Positions 11,601-27,550 of a stretch of DNA of 64,000 nt are shown here, piece after piece. Source of the stretch: the human T2T-CHM13v2.0 reference genome, Homo sapiens. The stretch is from the NCBI RefSeq assembly GCF_009914755.1, contig NC_060925.1, one strand, 5' to 3'. The translations under genes and the position numbers were made by a program. Position 1 is the stretch's first letter. Each line of letters begins with the position of its first letter. The notes beneath the pieces were generated by a model. That model worked only from the letters and a program-made list of their open reading frames with translations. It was not told the DNA's origin and did no database searches.

Positions 11601-14600
11601 GGAAAAAAACGGAATTATCGAATGGAATCGAAGAGAATCTTCGAACGGACCCGAATGGAATCATCTAATGGAATGGAATGGAATAATCCATGGACTCGAA
11701 TGCAATCATCATCGAATGGAATCGAATGGAATCATCGAATGGACTCGAATGGAATAATCATTGAACGGAATCGAATGGAATCATCATCGGATGGAAACGA
11801 ATGGAATCATCATCGAGTGGAAATGAAAGGAGTCATCATCTAATGGAATTGCATGGAATCATCATAAAATGGAATCGAATGGAATCAACATCAAATGGAA
11901 TCAAATGGAATCATTGAACGGAATTGAATGGAATCGTCATCGAATGAATTGACTGCAATCATCCAATGGTCTCGAATGGAATCATCTTCAAATGGAATGG
12001 AATGGAATCATCGCATAGAATCGAATGGAATTATCATCGAATGGAATCGAATGGAATCAACATCAAACGGAAAAAAACGGAATTATCGAATGGAATCGAA
12101 GAGAATCATCGAATGGACCCGAATGGAATCATCTAATGGAATGGAATGGAATAATCCATGGACTCCAATGCAATCATCATCGAATGGAATCGAATGGAAT
12201 CATCGAATGAACTCGAATGGAATCATCATTGAATGGAATCGAATGGAATCATCGAGTGGAATCGAATGGAATTATGATCAAATGGAATTGAATGTAATCA
12301 TCATCAAATGGAATCAAAAATAACCATCATCAATTGGTATTGAATGGAATTGTCATCAAATGGAATTCAAAGGAATCATCATCAAATGGAACCGAATGGA
12401 ATCCTCATTGAATGGAAATGAAAGGGGTCATCATCTAATGGAATCGCATGGAATCATCATCAAATGGAATCGAATGGAATCATCATCAAATGGAATCTAA
12501 TGGAATCATTGAACAGAATTGAATGGAATCGTCATCGAATGAATTGAATGCAATCATCGAATGGTCTCGAATGGAATCATCTTCTAATGGAAAGGAATGG
12601 AATCATCGCATAGAATCGAATGGAATTATCATCGAATGGAATCGAATGGTATCAACACCAAACGGAAAAAAACGGAATTATCGAATGGAATCGAAGAGAA
12701 TCTTCGAACGGACCCGAATGGAATCATCTAATGGAATGGAATGGAATAATCCATGGACTCGAATGCAATCATCATCGAATGGAATCGAATGGAATCATCG
12801 AATGGACTCGAATGGAATAATCATTGAACGGAATCGAATGGAATCATCATCGGATGGAAACGAATGGAATCATCATCGAATGGAAATGAAAGGAGTCATC
12901 ATCTAATGGAATTGCATGGAATCATCATAAAATGGAATCGAATGGAATCAACATCAAATGGAATCAAATGGAATCATTGAACGGAATTGAATGGAATCGT
13001 CATCGAATGAATTGACTGCAATCATCCAATGGTCTCGAATGGAATCATCTTCAAATGGAATGGAATGGAATCATCGCATAGAATCGAATGGAATTATCAT
13101 CGAATGGAATCGAATGGAATCAACATCAAACGGAAAAAAACGGAATTATCGAATGGAATCGAAGAGAATCATCGAATGGCCCCGAATGGAATCATCTAAT
13201 GGAATGGAATTGAATAATCGATGGACTCGAATGCAATCATCATCGAATGGAATCGAATCGAATCATCGAATGGACTCGAATGGAATAATCATTGAATGGA
13301 ATCGAATGGAATCATCATCGGATGGAAATGAATGGAATCATCATCGAATGGAATCGAATAGAATTATGGAATGAAATCCAGTGTGATCATCATCGAATGG
13401 ACCCGAATGGAATCATCATCCAACGGAAGCTAATGGAATCAACATCGAATGAATCAAATGGAAACACCATCGAATTGAAACGAATGGAATTATCATGAAA
13501 TTGAAATGGATGGACTCATCATCGAATGGATTCGAATGGAATCATCGAATAAAATTGATTGAAATCATCATCGAATGGAATCGAATGGTATCATTGAATG
13601 GAATCGAATGGAATCATCATCAGATGGAAATGAATGGAATCGTCATAGAATGGAATCGAATGGATTCATTGAATGGAATCAGATGGAATCATCGAATGGA
13701 CTGGAATGGAATCATTGAATGGACTCGAAAGGGATCATGATTGAATGGAATTGAATGGAATCATCGAATGGTCTCGATTGGAATCATTATCAAATGGAAT
13801 CGAATGGAATCACCGAATAGAACCGAATGGAACAATCATCGAATGGACTCAAATGGAATTATCCTCCAATGGAATCGAATGGAATTATCAAATGCAATCG
13901 AATGGAATTATCGAATGCAATCGAATAGAATCATCGAATGGACTCGAATGGAATCATCGAATGGAATGGAATGGAACAGTCAATGAACTCGAATGGAATC
14001 ATCATTGAATGGAATCGAATGGAATCATCGAGTGGAATCGAATGGAATTATGATCAAATGGAATCGAATGTTATCATCATCAAATGGAATCAAAAATAAA
14101 CATCATCAATTGGTATTGAATGGAATTGTCATCAAATGGAATTCAAAGGAATCATCATCAAATGGAACCGAATGGAATCCTCATTGAATGGAAATGAAAG
14201 GGGTCATCATCTAATGGAATCGCATGGAATCATCATCAAATGGAATCGAATGGAATCATCATCAAATGGAATCTAATGGAATCATTGAACAGAATTGAAT
14301 GGAATCGTCATCGAATGAATTGAATGCAATCATCGAATGGTCTCGAATGGAATCATCTTCTAATGGAAAGGAATGGAATCATCGCATAGAATCGAATGGA
14401 ATTATCATCGAATGGAATCGAATGGTATCAACACCAAACGGAAAAAAACGGAATTATCGAATGGAATCGAAGAGAATCTTCGAACGGACCCGAATGGAAT
14501 CATCTAATGGAATGGAATGGAATAATCCATGGACTCGAATGCAATCATCATCGAATGGAATCGAATGGAATCATCGAATGGACTCGAATGGAATAATCAT

Positions 14601-17600
14601 TGAACGGAATCGAATGGAATCATCATCGGATGGAAACGAATGGAATCATCATCGAGTGGAAATGAAAGGAGTCATCATCTAATGGAATTGCATGGAATCA
14701 TCATAAAATGGAATCGAATGGAATCAACATCAAATGGAATCAAATGGAATCATTGAACGGAATTGAATGGAATCGTCATCGAATGAATTGACTGCAATCA
14801 TCCAATGGTCTCGAATGGAATCATCTTCAAATGGAATGGAATGGAATCATCGCATAGAATCGAATGGAATTATCATCGAATGGAATCGAATGGAATCAAC
14901 ATCAAACGGAAAAAAACGGAATTATCGAATGGAATCGAAGAGAATCATCGAATGGACCCGAATGGAATCATCTAATGGAATGGAATGGAATAATCCATGG
15001 ACTCGAATGCAATCATCATCGAATGGAATCGAATGGAATCATCGAATGAACTCGAATGGAATCATCATTGAATGGAATCGAATGGAATCATCGAGTGGAA
15101 TCGAATGGAATTATGATCAAATGGAATTGAATGTAATCATCATCAAATGGAATCAAAAATAACCATCATCAATTGGTATTGAATGGAATTGTCATCAAAT
15201 GGAATTCAAAGGAATCATCATCAAATGGAACCGAATGGAATCCTCATTGAATGGAAATGAAAGGGGTCATCATCTAATGGAATCGCATGGAATCATCATC
15301 AAATGGAATCGAATGGAATCATCATCAAATGGAATCTAATGGAATCATTGAACAGAATTGAATGGAATCGTCATCGAATGAATTGAATGCAATCATCGAA
15401 TGGTCTCGAATGGAATCATCTTCTAATGGAAAGGAATGGAATCATCGCATAGAATCGAATGGAATTATCATCGAATGGAATCGAATGGTATCAACACCAA
15501 ACGGAAAAAAACGGAATTATCGAATGGAATCGAAGAGAATCTTCGAACGGACCCGAATGGAATCATCTAATGGAATGGAATGGAATAATCCATGGACTCG
15601 AATGCAATCATCATCGAATGGAATCGAATGGAATCATCGAATGGACTCGAATGGAATAATCATTGAACGGAATCGAATGGAATCATCATCGGATGGAAAC
15701 GAATGGAATCATCATCGAATGGAAATGAAAGGAGTCATCATCTAATGGAATTGCATGGAATCATCATAAAATGGAATCGAATGGAATCAACATCAAATGG
15801 AATCAAATGGAATCATTGAACGGAATTGAATGGAATCGTCATCGAATGAATTGACTGCAATCATCCAATGGTCTCGAATGGAATCATCTTCAAATGGAAT
15901 GGAATGGAATCATCGCATACAATCGAATGGAATTATCATCGAATGGAATCGAATGGAATCAACATCAAACGGAAAAAAACGGAATTATCGAATGGAATCG
16001 AAGAGAATCATCGAATGGCCCCGAATGGAATCATCTAATGGAATGGAATTGAATAATCGATGGACTCGAATGCAATCATCATCGAATGGAATCGAATCGA
16101 ATCATCGAATGGACTCGAATGGAATAATCATTGAATGGAATCGAATGGAATCATCATCGGATGGAAATGAATGGAATCATCATCGAATGGAATCGAATAG
16201 AATTATGGAATGAAATCCAGTGTGATCATCATCGAATGGACCCGAATGGAATCATCATCCAACGGAAGCTAATGGAATCAACATCGAATGAATCAAATGG
16301 AAACACCATCGAATTGAAACGAATGGAATTATCATGAAATTGAAATGGATGGACTCATCATCGAATGGATTCGAATGGAATCATCGAATAAAATTGATTG
16401 AAATCATCATCGAATGGAATCGAATGGTATCATTGAATGGAATCGAATGGAATCATCATCAGATGGAAATGAATGGAATCGTCATAGAATGGAATCGAAT
16501 GGATTCATTGAATGGAATCAGATGGAATCATCGAATGGACTGGAATGGAATCATTGAATGGACTCGAAAGGGATCATGATTGAATGGAATTGAATGGAAT
16601 CATCGAATGGTCTCGATTGGAATCATTATCAAATGGAATCGAATGGAATCACCGAATAGAATCGAATGGAACAATCATCGAATGGACTCAAATGGAATTA
16701 TCCTCAAATGGAATCGAATGGAATTATCGAATGCAATCGAATGGAATTATCGAATGCAATCGAATAGAATCATCGAATGGACTCGAATGGAATCATCGAA
16801 TGGAATGGAATGGAACAGTCAATGAACTCGAATGGAATCATCATTGAATGGAATCGAATGGAATCATCGAGTGGAATCGAATGGAATTATGATCAAATGG
16901 AATCGAATGTAATCATCATCAAATGGAATCAAAAATAACCATCATCAATTGGTATTGAATGGAATTGTCATCAAATGGAATTCAAAGGAATCATCATCAA
17001 ATGGAACCGAATGGAATCCTCATTGAATGGAAATGAAAGGGGTCATCATCTAATGGAATCGCATGGAATCATCATCAAATGGAATCGAATGGAATCATCA
17101 TCAAATGGAATCTAATGGAATCATTGAACAGAATTGAATGGAATCGTCATCGAATGAATTGAATGCAATCATCGAATGGTCTCGAATGGAATCATCTTCT
17201 AATGGAAAGGAATGGAATCATCGCATAGAATCGAATGGAATTATCATCGAATGGAATCGAATGGTATCAACACCAAACGGAAAAAAACGGAATTATCGAA
17301 TGGAATCGAAGAGAATCTTCGAACGGACCCGAATGGAATCATCTAATGGAATGGAATGGAATAATCCATGGACTCGAATGCAATCATCATCGAATGGAAT
17401 CGAATGGAATCATCGAATGGACTCGAATGGAATAATCATTGAACGGAATCGAATGGAATCATCATCGGATGGAAACGAATGGAATCATCATCGAGTGGAA
17501 ATGAAAGGAGTCATCATCTAATGGAATTGCATGGAATCATCATAAAATGGAATCGAATGGAATCAACATCAAATGGAATCAAATGGAATCATTGAACGGA

Positions 17601-19976
17601 ATTGAATGGAATCGTCATCGAATGAATTGACTGCAATCATCCAATGGTCTCGAATGGAATCATCTTCAAATGGAATGGAATGGAATCATCGCATAGAATC
17701 GAATGGAATTATCATCGAATGGAATCGAATGGAATCAACATCAAACGGAAAAAAACGGAATTATCGAATGGAATCGAAGAGAATCATCGAATGGACCCGA
17801 ATGGAATCATCTAATGGAATGGAATGGAATAATCCATGGACTCCAATGCAATCATCATCGAATGGAATCGAATGGAATCATCGAATGAACTCGAATGGAA
17901 TCATCATTGAATGGAATCGAATGGAATCATCGAGTGGAATCGAATGGAATTATGATCAAATGGAATTGAATGTAATCATCATCAAATGGAATCAAAAATA
18001 ACCATCATCAATTGGTATTGAATGGAATTGTCATCAAATGGAATTCAAAGGAATCATCATCAAATGGAACCGAATGGAATCCTCATTGAATGGAAATGAA
18101 AGGGGTCATCATCTAATGGAATCGCATGGAATCATCATCAAATGGAATCGAATGGAATCATCATCAAATGGAATCTAATGGAATCATTGAACAGAATTGA
18201 ATGGAATCGTCATCGAATGAATTGAATGCAATCATCGAATGGTCTCGAATGGAATCATCTTCTAATGGAAAGGAATGGAATCATCGCATAGAATCGAATG
18301 GAATTATCATCGAATGGAATCGAATGGTATCAACACCAAACGGAAAAAAACGGAATTATCGAATGGAATCGAAGAGAATCTTCGAACGGACCCGAATGGA
18401 ATCATCTAATGGAATGGAATGGAATAATCCATGGACTCGAATGCAATCATCATCGAATGGAATCGAATGGAATCATCGAATGGACTCGAATGGAATAATC
18501 ATTGAACGGAATCGAATGGAATCATCATCGGATGGAAACGAATGGAATCATCATCGAATGGAAATGAAAGGAGTCATCATCTAATGGAATTGCATGGAAT
18601 CATCATAAAATGGAATCGAATGGAATCAACATCAAATGGAATCAAATGGAATCATTGAACGGAATTGAATGGAATCGTCATCGAATGAATTGACTGCAAT
18701 CATCCAATGGTCTCGAATGGAATCATCTTCAAATGGAATGGAATGGAATCATCGCATAGAATCGAATGGAATTATCATCGAATGGAATCGAATGGAATCA
18801 ACATCAAACGGAAAAAAACGGAATTATCGAATGGAATCGAAGAGAATCATCGAATGGCCCCGAATGGAATCATCTAATGGAATGGAATTGAATAATCGAT
18901 GGACTCGAATGCAATCATCATCGAATGGAATCGAATCGAATCATCGAATGGACTCGAATGGAATAATCATTGAATGGAATCGAATGGAATCATCATCGGA
19001 TGGAAATGAATGGAATCATCATCGAATGGAATCGAATAGAATTATGGAATGAAATCCAGTGTGATCATCATCGAATGGACCCGAATGGAATCATCATCCA
19101 ACGGAAGCTAATGGAATCAACATCGAATGAATCAAATGGAAACACCATCGAATTGAAACGAATGGAATTATCATGAAATTGAAATGGATGGACTCATCAT
19201 CGAATGGATTCGAATGGAATCATCGAATAAAATTGATTGAAATCATCATCGAATGGAATCGAATGGTATCATTGAATGGAATCGAATGGAATCATCATCA
19301 GATGGAAATGAATGGAATCGTCATAGAATGGAATCGAATGGATTCATTGAATGGAATCAGATGGAATCATCGAATGGACTGGAATGGAATCATTGAATGG
19401 ACTCGAAAGGGATCATGATTGAATGGAATTGAATGGAATCATCGAATGGTCTCGATTGGAATCATTATCAAATGGAATCGAATGGAATCACCGAATAGAA
19501 TCGAATGGAACAATCATCGAATGGACTCAAATGGAATTATCCTCAAATGGAATCGAATGGAATTATCGAATGCAATCGAATGGAATTATCGAATGCAATC
19601 GAATAGAATCATCGAATGGACTCGAATGGAATCATCGAATGGAATGGAATGGAACAGTCAATGAACTCGAATGGAATCATCATTGAATGGAATCGAATGG
19701 AATCATCGAGTGGAATCGAATGGAATTATGATCAAATGGAATCGAATGTTATCATCATCAAATGGAATCAAAAATAACCATCATCAATTGGTATTGAATG
19801 GAATTGTCATCAAATGGAATTCAAAGGAATCATCATCAAATGGAACCGAATGGAATCCTCATTGAATGGAAATGAAAGGGGTCATCATCTAATGGAATTG
19901 CATGGAATCATCATCAAATGGAATCGAATGGAATCATCATCAAATGGAATCTAATGGAATCATTGAACAGAATTGA
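8647..19976 (+). repeat. Local higher-order repeat: 4 copies of short (1063) + full (1776) = 2839 bp; first copy 2813 bp
   Basis: Anchor spacings 1037, 1776, 1063, 1776, 1063, 1776, 1063, 1776. Short units share CGAGTGGAAATG and GGAATTGAATGTAAT; long units share GGCCCCG, TTGAATAATCGATGG and GAATCGAATCGAATC. Confidence 0.93.
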
Positions 19977-21753
19977 ATGGAATCGTCATCGAATGAATTG
20001 TATGCAATCATCGAATGGTCTCGAATGGAATCATCTTCTAATGGAAAGGAATGGAATCATCGCATAGAATCGAATGGAATTATCATCGAATGGAATCGAA
20101 TGGTATCAACACCAAACGGAAAAAAAACGGAATTATCGAATGGAATCGAAGAGAATCTTCGAACGGACCCGAATGGAATCATCTAATGGAATGGAATGGA
20201 ATAATCCATGAACTCGAATGCAATCATCATCGAATGGAATCGAATGGAATCATCGAATGGACTCGAATGGAATAATCATTGAACGGAATCGAATGGAATC
20301 ATCATCGGATGGAAACGAATGGAATCATCATCGAATGGAAATGAAAGGAGTCATCATCTAATGGAATTGCATGGAATCATCATAAAATGGAATCGAATGG
20401 AATCAACATCAAATGGAATCAAATGGAATCATTGAACGGAATTGAATGGAATCGTCATCGAATGAATTGACTGCAATCATCCAATGGTCTCGAATGGAAT
20501 CATCTTCAAATGGAATGGAATGGAATCATCGCATAGAATCGAATGGAATTATCATCGAATGGAATCGAATGGAATCAACATCAAACGGAAAAAAACGGAA
20601 TTATCGAATGGAATCGAAGAGAATCATCGAATGGACCCGAATGGAATCATCTAATGGAATGGAATGGAATAATCCATGGACTCGAATGCAATCATCATCG
20701 AATGGAATCGAATGGAATCATCGAATGGACTCGAATGGAATAATCATTGAACGGAATCGAATGGAATCATCATCGGATGGATATGAATGGAATCATCATC
20801 GAATGGAATCGAATAGAATTATGGAATGAAATCCAGTGTGATCATCATCGAATGGACCCGAATGGAATCATCATCCAACGGAAGCTAATGGAATCAACAT
20901 CGAATGAATCAAATGGAAACACCATCGAATTGAAACGAATGGAATTATCATGAAATTGAAATGGATGGACTCATCATCGAATGGATTCGAATGGAATCAT
21001 CGAATAAAATTGATTGAAATCATCATCCAATGGAATCGAATGGTATCAGTGAATGGTATCGAATGGAATCATCATCACATGGAAATGAATGGAATCGTCA
21101 TAGAATGGAATCGAATGGATTCATTGAATGGAATCAGATGGAATCATCGAATGGACTGGAATGGAATCATTGAATGGACTCGAAAGGGATCATTATTGAA
21201 TGGAATTGAATGGAATCATCGAATGGTCTCGATTGGAATCATTATCAAATGGAATCGAATGGAATCACCGAATAGAATCGAATGGAACAATCATCGAATG
21301 GACTCAAATGGAATTATCCTCCAATGGAATCGAATGGAATTATCGAATGCAATCGAATGGAATTATCGAATGCAATCGAATAGAATCATCGAATGGACTC
21401 GAATGGAATCATCGAATGGAATGGAATGGAACAGTCAATGAACTCGAATGGAATCATCATTGAATGGAATCGAATGGAATCATCGAGTGGAATCGAATGG
21501 AATTATGATCAAATGGAATCGAATGTAATCATCATCAAATGGAATCAAAAATAACCATCATCAATTGGTATTGAATGGAATTGTCATCAAATGGAATTCA
21601 AAGGAATCATCATCAAATGGAACCGAATGGAATCCTCATTGAATGGAAATGAAAGGGGTCATCATCTAATGGAATCGCATGGAATCATCATCAAATGGAA
21701 TCGAATGGAATCATCATCAAATGGAATCTAATGGAATCATTGAACAGAATTGA

Positions 21754-24700
21754 ATGGAATCGTCATCGAATGAATTGAATGCAATCATCGAATGGTCTCG
21801 AATGGAATCATCTTCTAATGGAAAGGAATGGAATCATCGCATAGAATCGAATGGAATTATCATCGAATGGAATCGAATGGTATCAACACCAAACGGAAAA
21901 AAACGGAATTATCGAATGGAATCGAAGAGAATCTTCGAACGGACCCGAATGGAATCATCTAATGGAATGGAATGGAATAATCCATGGACTCGAATGCAAT
22001 CATCATCGAATGGAATCGAATGGAATCATCGAATGGACTCGAATGGAATAATCATTGAACGGAATCGAATGGAATCATCATCGGATGGAAACGAATGGAA
22101 TCATCATCGAATGGAAATGAAAGGAGTCATCACCTAATGGAATTGCATGGAATCATCATAAAATGGAATCGAATGGAATCAACATCAAATGGAATCAAAT
22201 GGAATCATTGAACGGAATTGAATGGAATCGTCATCGAATGAATTGAATGCAATCATCGAATGGTCTCGAATGGAATCATCTTCAAATGGAATGGAATGGA
22301 ATCATCGCATAGAATCGAATGGAATTATCATCGAATGGAATCGAATGGAATCAACATCAAACGGAAAAAAACGGAATTATCGAATGGAATCGAAGAGAAT
22401 CATCGAATGGACCCGAATGGAATCATCTAATGGAATGGAATGGAATAATCCATGGACTCGAATGCAATCATCATCGAATGGAATCGAATGGAATCATCGA
22501 ATGGACTCGAATGGAATAATCATTGAACGGAATCGAATGGAATCATCATCGGATGGAAATGAATGGAATCATCATCGAATGGAATCGAATAGAATTATGG
22601 AATGAAATCCAGTGTGATCATCATCGAATGGACCCGAATGGAATCATCATCCAACGGAAGCTAATGGAATCAACATCGAATGAATCAAATGGAAACACCA
22701 CCGAATTGAAACGAATGGAATTACCATGAAATTGAAATGGATGGACTCATCATCGAATGGATTCGAATGGAATCATCGAATAAAATTGATTGAAATCATC
22801 ATCGAATTGAATCGAATGGTATCATTGAATGGAATCGAATGGAATCATCATCAGATGGAAATGAATGGAATCGTCATAGAATGGAATCGAATGGATTCAT
22901 TGAATGGAATCAGATGGAATCATCGAATGGACTGGAATGGAATCATTGAAGGGACTCGAAAGGGATCATGATTGAATGGAATTGAATGGAATCATCGAAT
23001 GGTCTCGATTGGAATCATTATCAAATGGAATCGAATGGAATCACCGAATAGAACCGAATGGAACAATCATCGAATGGACTCAAATGGAATTATCCTCCAA
23101 TGGAATCGAATGGAATTATCAAATGCAATCGAATGGAATTATCGAATGCAATCGAATAGAATCATCGAATGGACTCGAATGGAATCATCGAATGGAATGG
23201 AATGGAACAGTCAATGAACTCGAATGGAATCATCATTGAATGGAATCGAATGGAATCATCGAGTGGAATCGAATGGAATTATGATCAAATGGAATCGAAT
23301 GTTATCATCATCAAATGGAATCAAAAATAAACATCATCAATTGGTATTGAATGGAATTGTCATCAAATGGAATTCAAAGGAATCATCATCAAATGGAACC
23401 GAATGGAATCCTCATTGAATGGAAATGAAAGGGGTCATCATCTAATGGAATCGCATGGAATCATCATCAAATGGAATCGAATGGAATCATCATCAAATGG
23501 AATCTAATGGAATCATTGAACAGAATTGAATGGAATCGTCATCGAATGAATTGAATGCAATCATCGAATGGTCTCGAATGGAATCATCTTCTAATGGAAA
23601 GGAATGGAATCATCGCATAGAATCGAATGGAATTATCATCGAATGGAATCGAATGGTATCAACACCAAACGGAAAAAAACGGAATTATCGAATGGAATCG
23701 AAGAGAATCTTCGAACGGACCCGAATGGAATCATCTAATGGAATGGAATGGAATAATCCATGGACTCGAATGCAATCATCATCGAATGGAATCGAATGGA
23801 ATCATCGAATGGACTCGAATGGAATAATCATTGAACGGAATCGAATGGAATCATCATCGGATGGAAACGAATGGAATCATCATCGAATGGAAATGAATGG
23901 AGTCATCATCTAACGGAATTGCATGGAATCATCATAAAATGGAATCGAATGGAATCAACATCAAATGGAATCAAATGGAATCATTGAACGGAATTGAATG
24001 GAATCGTCATCGAATGAATTGAATGCAATCATCGAATGGTCTCGAATGGAATCATCTTCAAATGGAATGGAATGGAATCATCGCATAGAATCGAATGGAA
24101 TTATCATCGAATGGAATCGAATGGAATCAACATCAAACGGAAAAAAACGGAATTATCGAATGGAATCGAAGAGAATCATCGAATGGACCCGAATGGAATC
24201 ATCTAATGGAATGGAATGGAATAATCCATGGACTCGAATGCAATCATCATCCAATGGAATCGAATGGAATCATCGAATGGACTCGAATGGAATAATCATT
24301 GAACGGAATCGAATGGAATCATCATCGGATGGAAATGAATGGAATCATCATCGAATGGAATCGAATAGAATTATGGAATGAAATCCAGTGTGATCATCAT
24401 CGAATGGACCCGAATGGAATCATCATCCAACGGAAGCTAATGGAATCAACATCGAATGAATCGAATGGAAACACCATCGAATTGAAACGAATGGAATTAT
24501 CATGAAATTGAAATGGATGGACTCATCATCGAATGGATTCGAATGGAATCATCGAATAAAATTGATTGAAATCATCATCGAATGGAATCGAATGGTATCA
24601 TTGAATGGAATCGAATGGAATCATCATCAGATGGAAATGAATGGAATCGTCATAGAATGGAATCGAATGGATTCATTGAATGGAATCAGATGGAATCATC

Positions 24701-27550
24701 GAATGGACTGGAATGGAATCATTGAATGGACTCGAAAGGGATCATTATTGAATGGAATTGAATGGAATCATCGAATGGTCTCGATTGGAATCATTATCAA
24801 ATGGAATCGAATGGAATCACCGAATAGAATCGAATGGAACAATCATCGAATGGACTCAAATGGAATTATCCTCCAATGGAATCGAATGGAATTATCGAAT
24901 GCAATCGAATGGAATTATCGAATGCAATCGAATAGAATCATCGAATGGACTCGAATGGAATCATCGAATGGAATGGAATGGAACAGTCAATGAACTCGAA
25001 TGGAATCATCATTGAATGGAATCGAATGGAATCATCGAGTGGAATCGAATGGAATTATGATCAAATGGAATCGAATGTAATCATCATCAAATGGAATCAA
25101 AAATAACCATCATCAATTGGTATTGAATGGAATTGTCATCAAATGGAATTCAAAGGAATCATCATCAAATGGAACCGAATGGAATCCTCATTGAATGGAA
25201 ATGAAAGGGGTCATCATCTAATGGAATCGCATGGAATCATCATCAAATGGAATCGAATGGAATCATCATCAAATGGAATCTAATGGAATCATTGAACAGA
25301 ATTGAATGGAATCGTCATCGAATGAATTGAATGCAATCATCGAATGGTCTCGAATGGAATCATCTTCTAATGGAAAGGAATGGAATCATCGCATAGAATC
25401 GAATGGAATTATCATCGAATGGAATCGAATGGTATCAACACCAAACGGAAAAAAACGGAATTATCGAATGGAATCGAAGAGAATCTTCGAGCGGACCCGA
25501 ATGGAATCATCTAATGGAATGGAATGGAATAATCCATGGACTCGAATGCAATCATCATCGAATGGAATCGAATGGAATCATCGAATGGACTCGAATGGAA
25601 TAATCATTGAACGGAATCGAATGGAATCATCATCGGATGGAAACGAATGGAATCATCATCGAATGGAAATGAAAGGAGTCATCACCTAATGGAATTGCAT
25701 GGAATCATCATAAAATGGAATCGAATGGAATCAACATCAAATGGAATCAAATGGAATCATTGAACGGAATTGAATGGAATCGTCATCGAATGAATTGAAT
25801 GCAATCATCGAATGGTCTCGAATGGAATCATCTTCAAATGGAATGGAATGGAATCATCGCATAGAATCGAATGGAATTATCATCGAATGGAATCGAATGG
25901 AATCAACATCAAACGGAAAAAAACGGAATTATCGAATGGAATCGAAGAGAATCATCGAATGGACCCGAATGGAATCATCTAATGGAATGGAATGGAATAA
26001 TCCATGGACTCGAATGCAATCATCATCGAATGGAATCGAATGGAATCATCGAATGGACTCGAATGGAATAATCATTGAACGGAATCGAATGGAATCATCA
26101 TCGGATGGAAATGAATGGAATCATCATCGAATGGAATCGAATAGAATTATGGAATGAAATCCAGTGTGATCATCATCGAATGGACCCGAATGGAATCATC
26201 ATCCAACGGAAGCTAATGGAATCAACATCGAATGAATCAAATGGAAACACCACCGAATTGAAACGAATGGAATTACCATGAAATTGAAATGGATGGACTC
26301 ATCATCGAATGGATTCGAATGGAATCATCGAATAAAATTGATTGAAATCATCATCGAATGGAATCGAATGGTATCATTGAATGGAATCGAATGGAATCAT
26401 CATCAGATGGAAATGAATGGAATCGTCATAGAATGGAATCGAATGGATTCATTGAATGGAATCAGATGGAATCATCGAATGGACTGGAATGGAATCATTG
26501 AATGGACTCGAAAGGGATCATGATTGAATGGAATTGAATGGAATCATCGAATGGTCTCGATTGGAATCATTATCAAATGGAATCGAATGGAATCACCGAA
26601 TAGAACCGAATGGAACAATCATCGAATGGACTCAAATGGAATTATCCTCCAATGGAATCGAATGGAATTATCAAATGCAATCGAATGGAATTATCGAATG
26701 CAATCGAATAGAATCATCGAATGGACTCGAATGGAATCATCGAATGGAATGGAATGGAACAGTCAATGAACTCGAATGGAATCATCATTGAATGGAATCG
26801 AATGGAATCATCGAGTGGAATCGAATGGAATTATGATCAAATGGAATCGAATGTTATCATCATCAAATGGAATCAAAAATAAACATCATCAATTGGTATT
26901 GAATGGAATTGTCATCAAATGGAATTCAAAGGAATCATCATCAAATGGAACCGAATGGAATCCTCATTGAATGGAAATGAAAGGGGTCATCATCTAATGG
27001 AATCGCATGGAATCATCATCAAATGGAATCGAATGGAATCATCATCAAATGGAATCTAATGGAATCATTGAACAGAATTGAATGGAATCGTCATCGAATG
27101 AATTGAATGCAATCATCGAATGGTCTCGAATGGAATCATCTTCTAATGGAAAGGAATGGAATCATCGCATAGAATCGAATGGAATTATCATCGAATGGAA
27201 TCGAATGGTATCAACACCAAACGGAAAAAAACGGAATTATCGAATGGAATCGAAGAGAATCTTCGAACGGACCCGAATGGAATCATCTAATGGAATGGAA
27301 TGGAATAATCCATGGACTCGAATGCAATCATCATCGAATGGAATCGAATGGAATCATCGAATGGACTCGAATGGAATAATCATTGAACGGAATCGAATGG
27401 AATCATCATCGGATGGAAACGAATGGAATCATCATCGAATGGAAATGAATGGAGTCATCATCTAACGGAATTGCATGGAATCATCATAAAATGGAATCGA
27501 ATGGAATCAACATCAAATGGAATCAAATGGAATCATTGAACGGAATTGAA
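21754..27550 (+). repeat. SNP-defined two-unit (3552-bp) duplication
   Basis: CATCACCTAA, ACCACCG, TTACCATG, AGAACCG and AATAAACATC in units 21754 and 25306; GAATGGAGTC..TAACGG in units 23530 and 27082. Confidence 0.8.
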
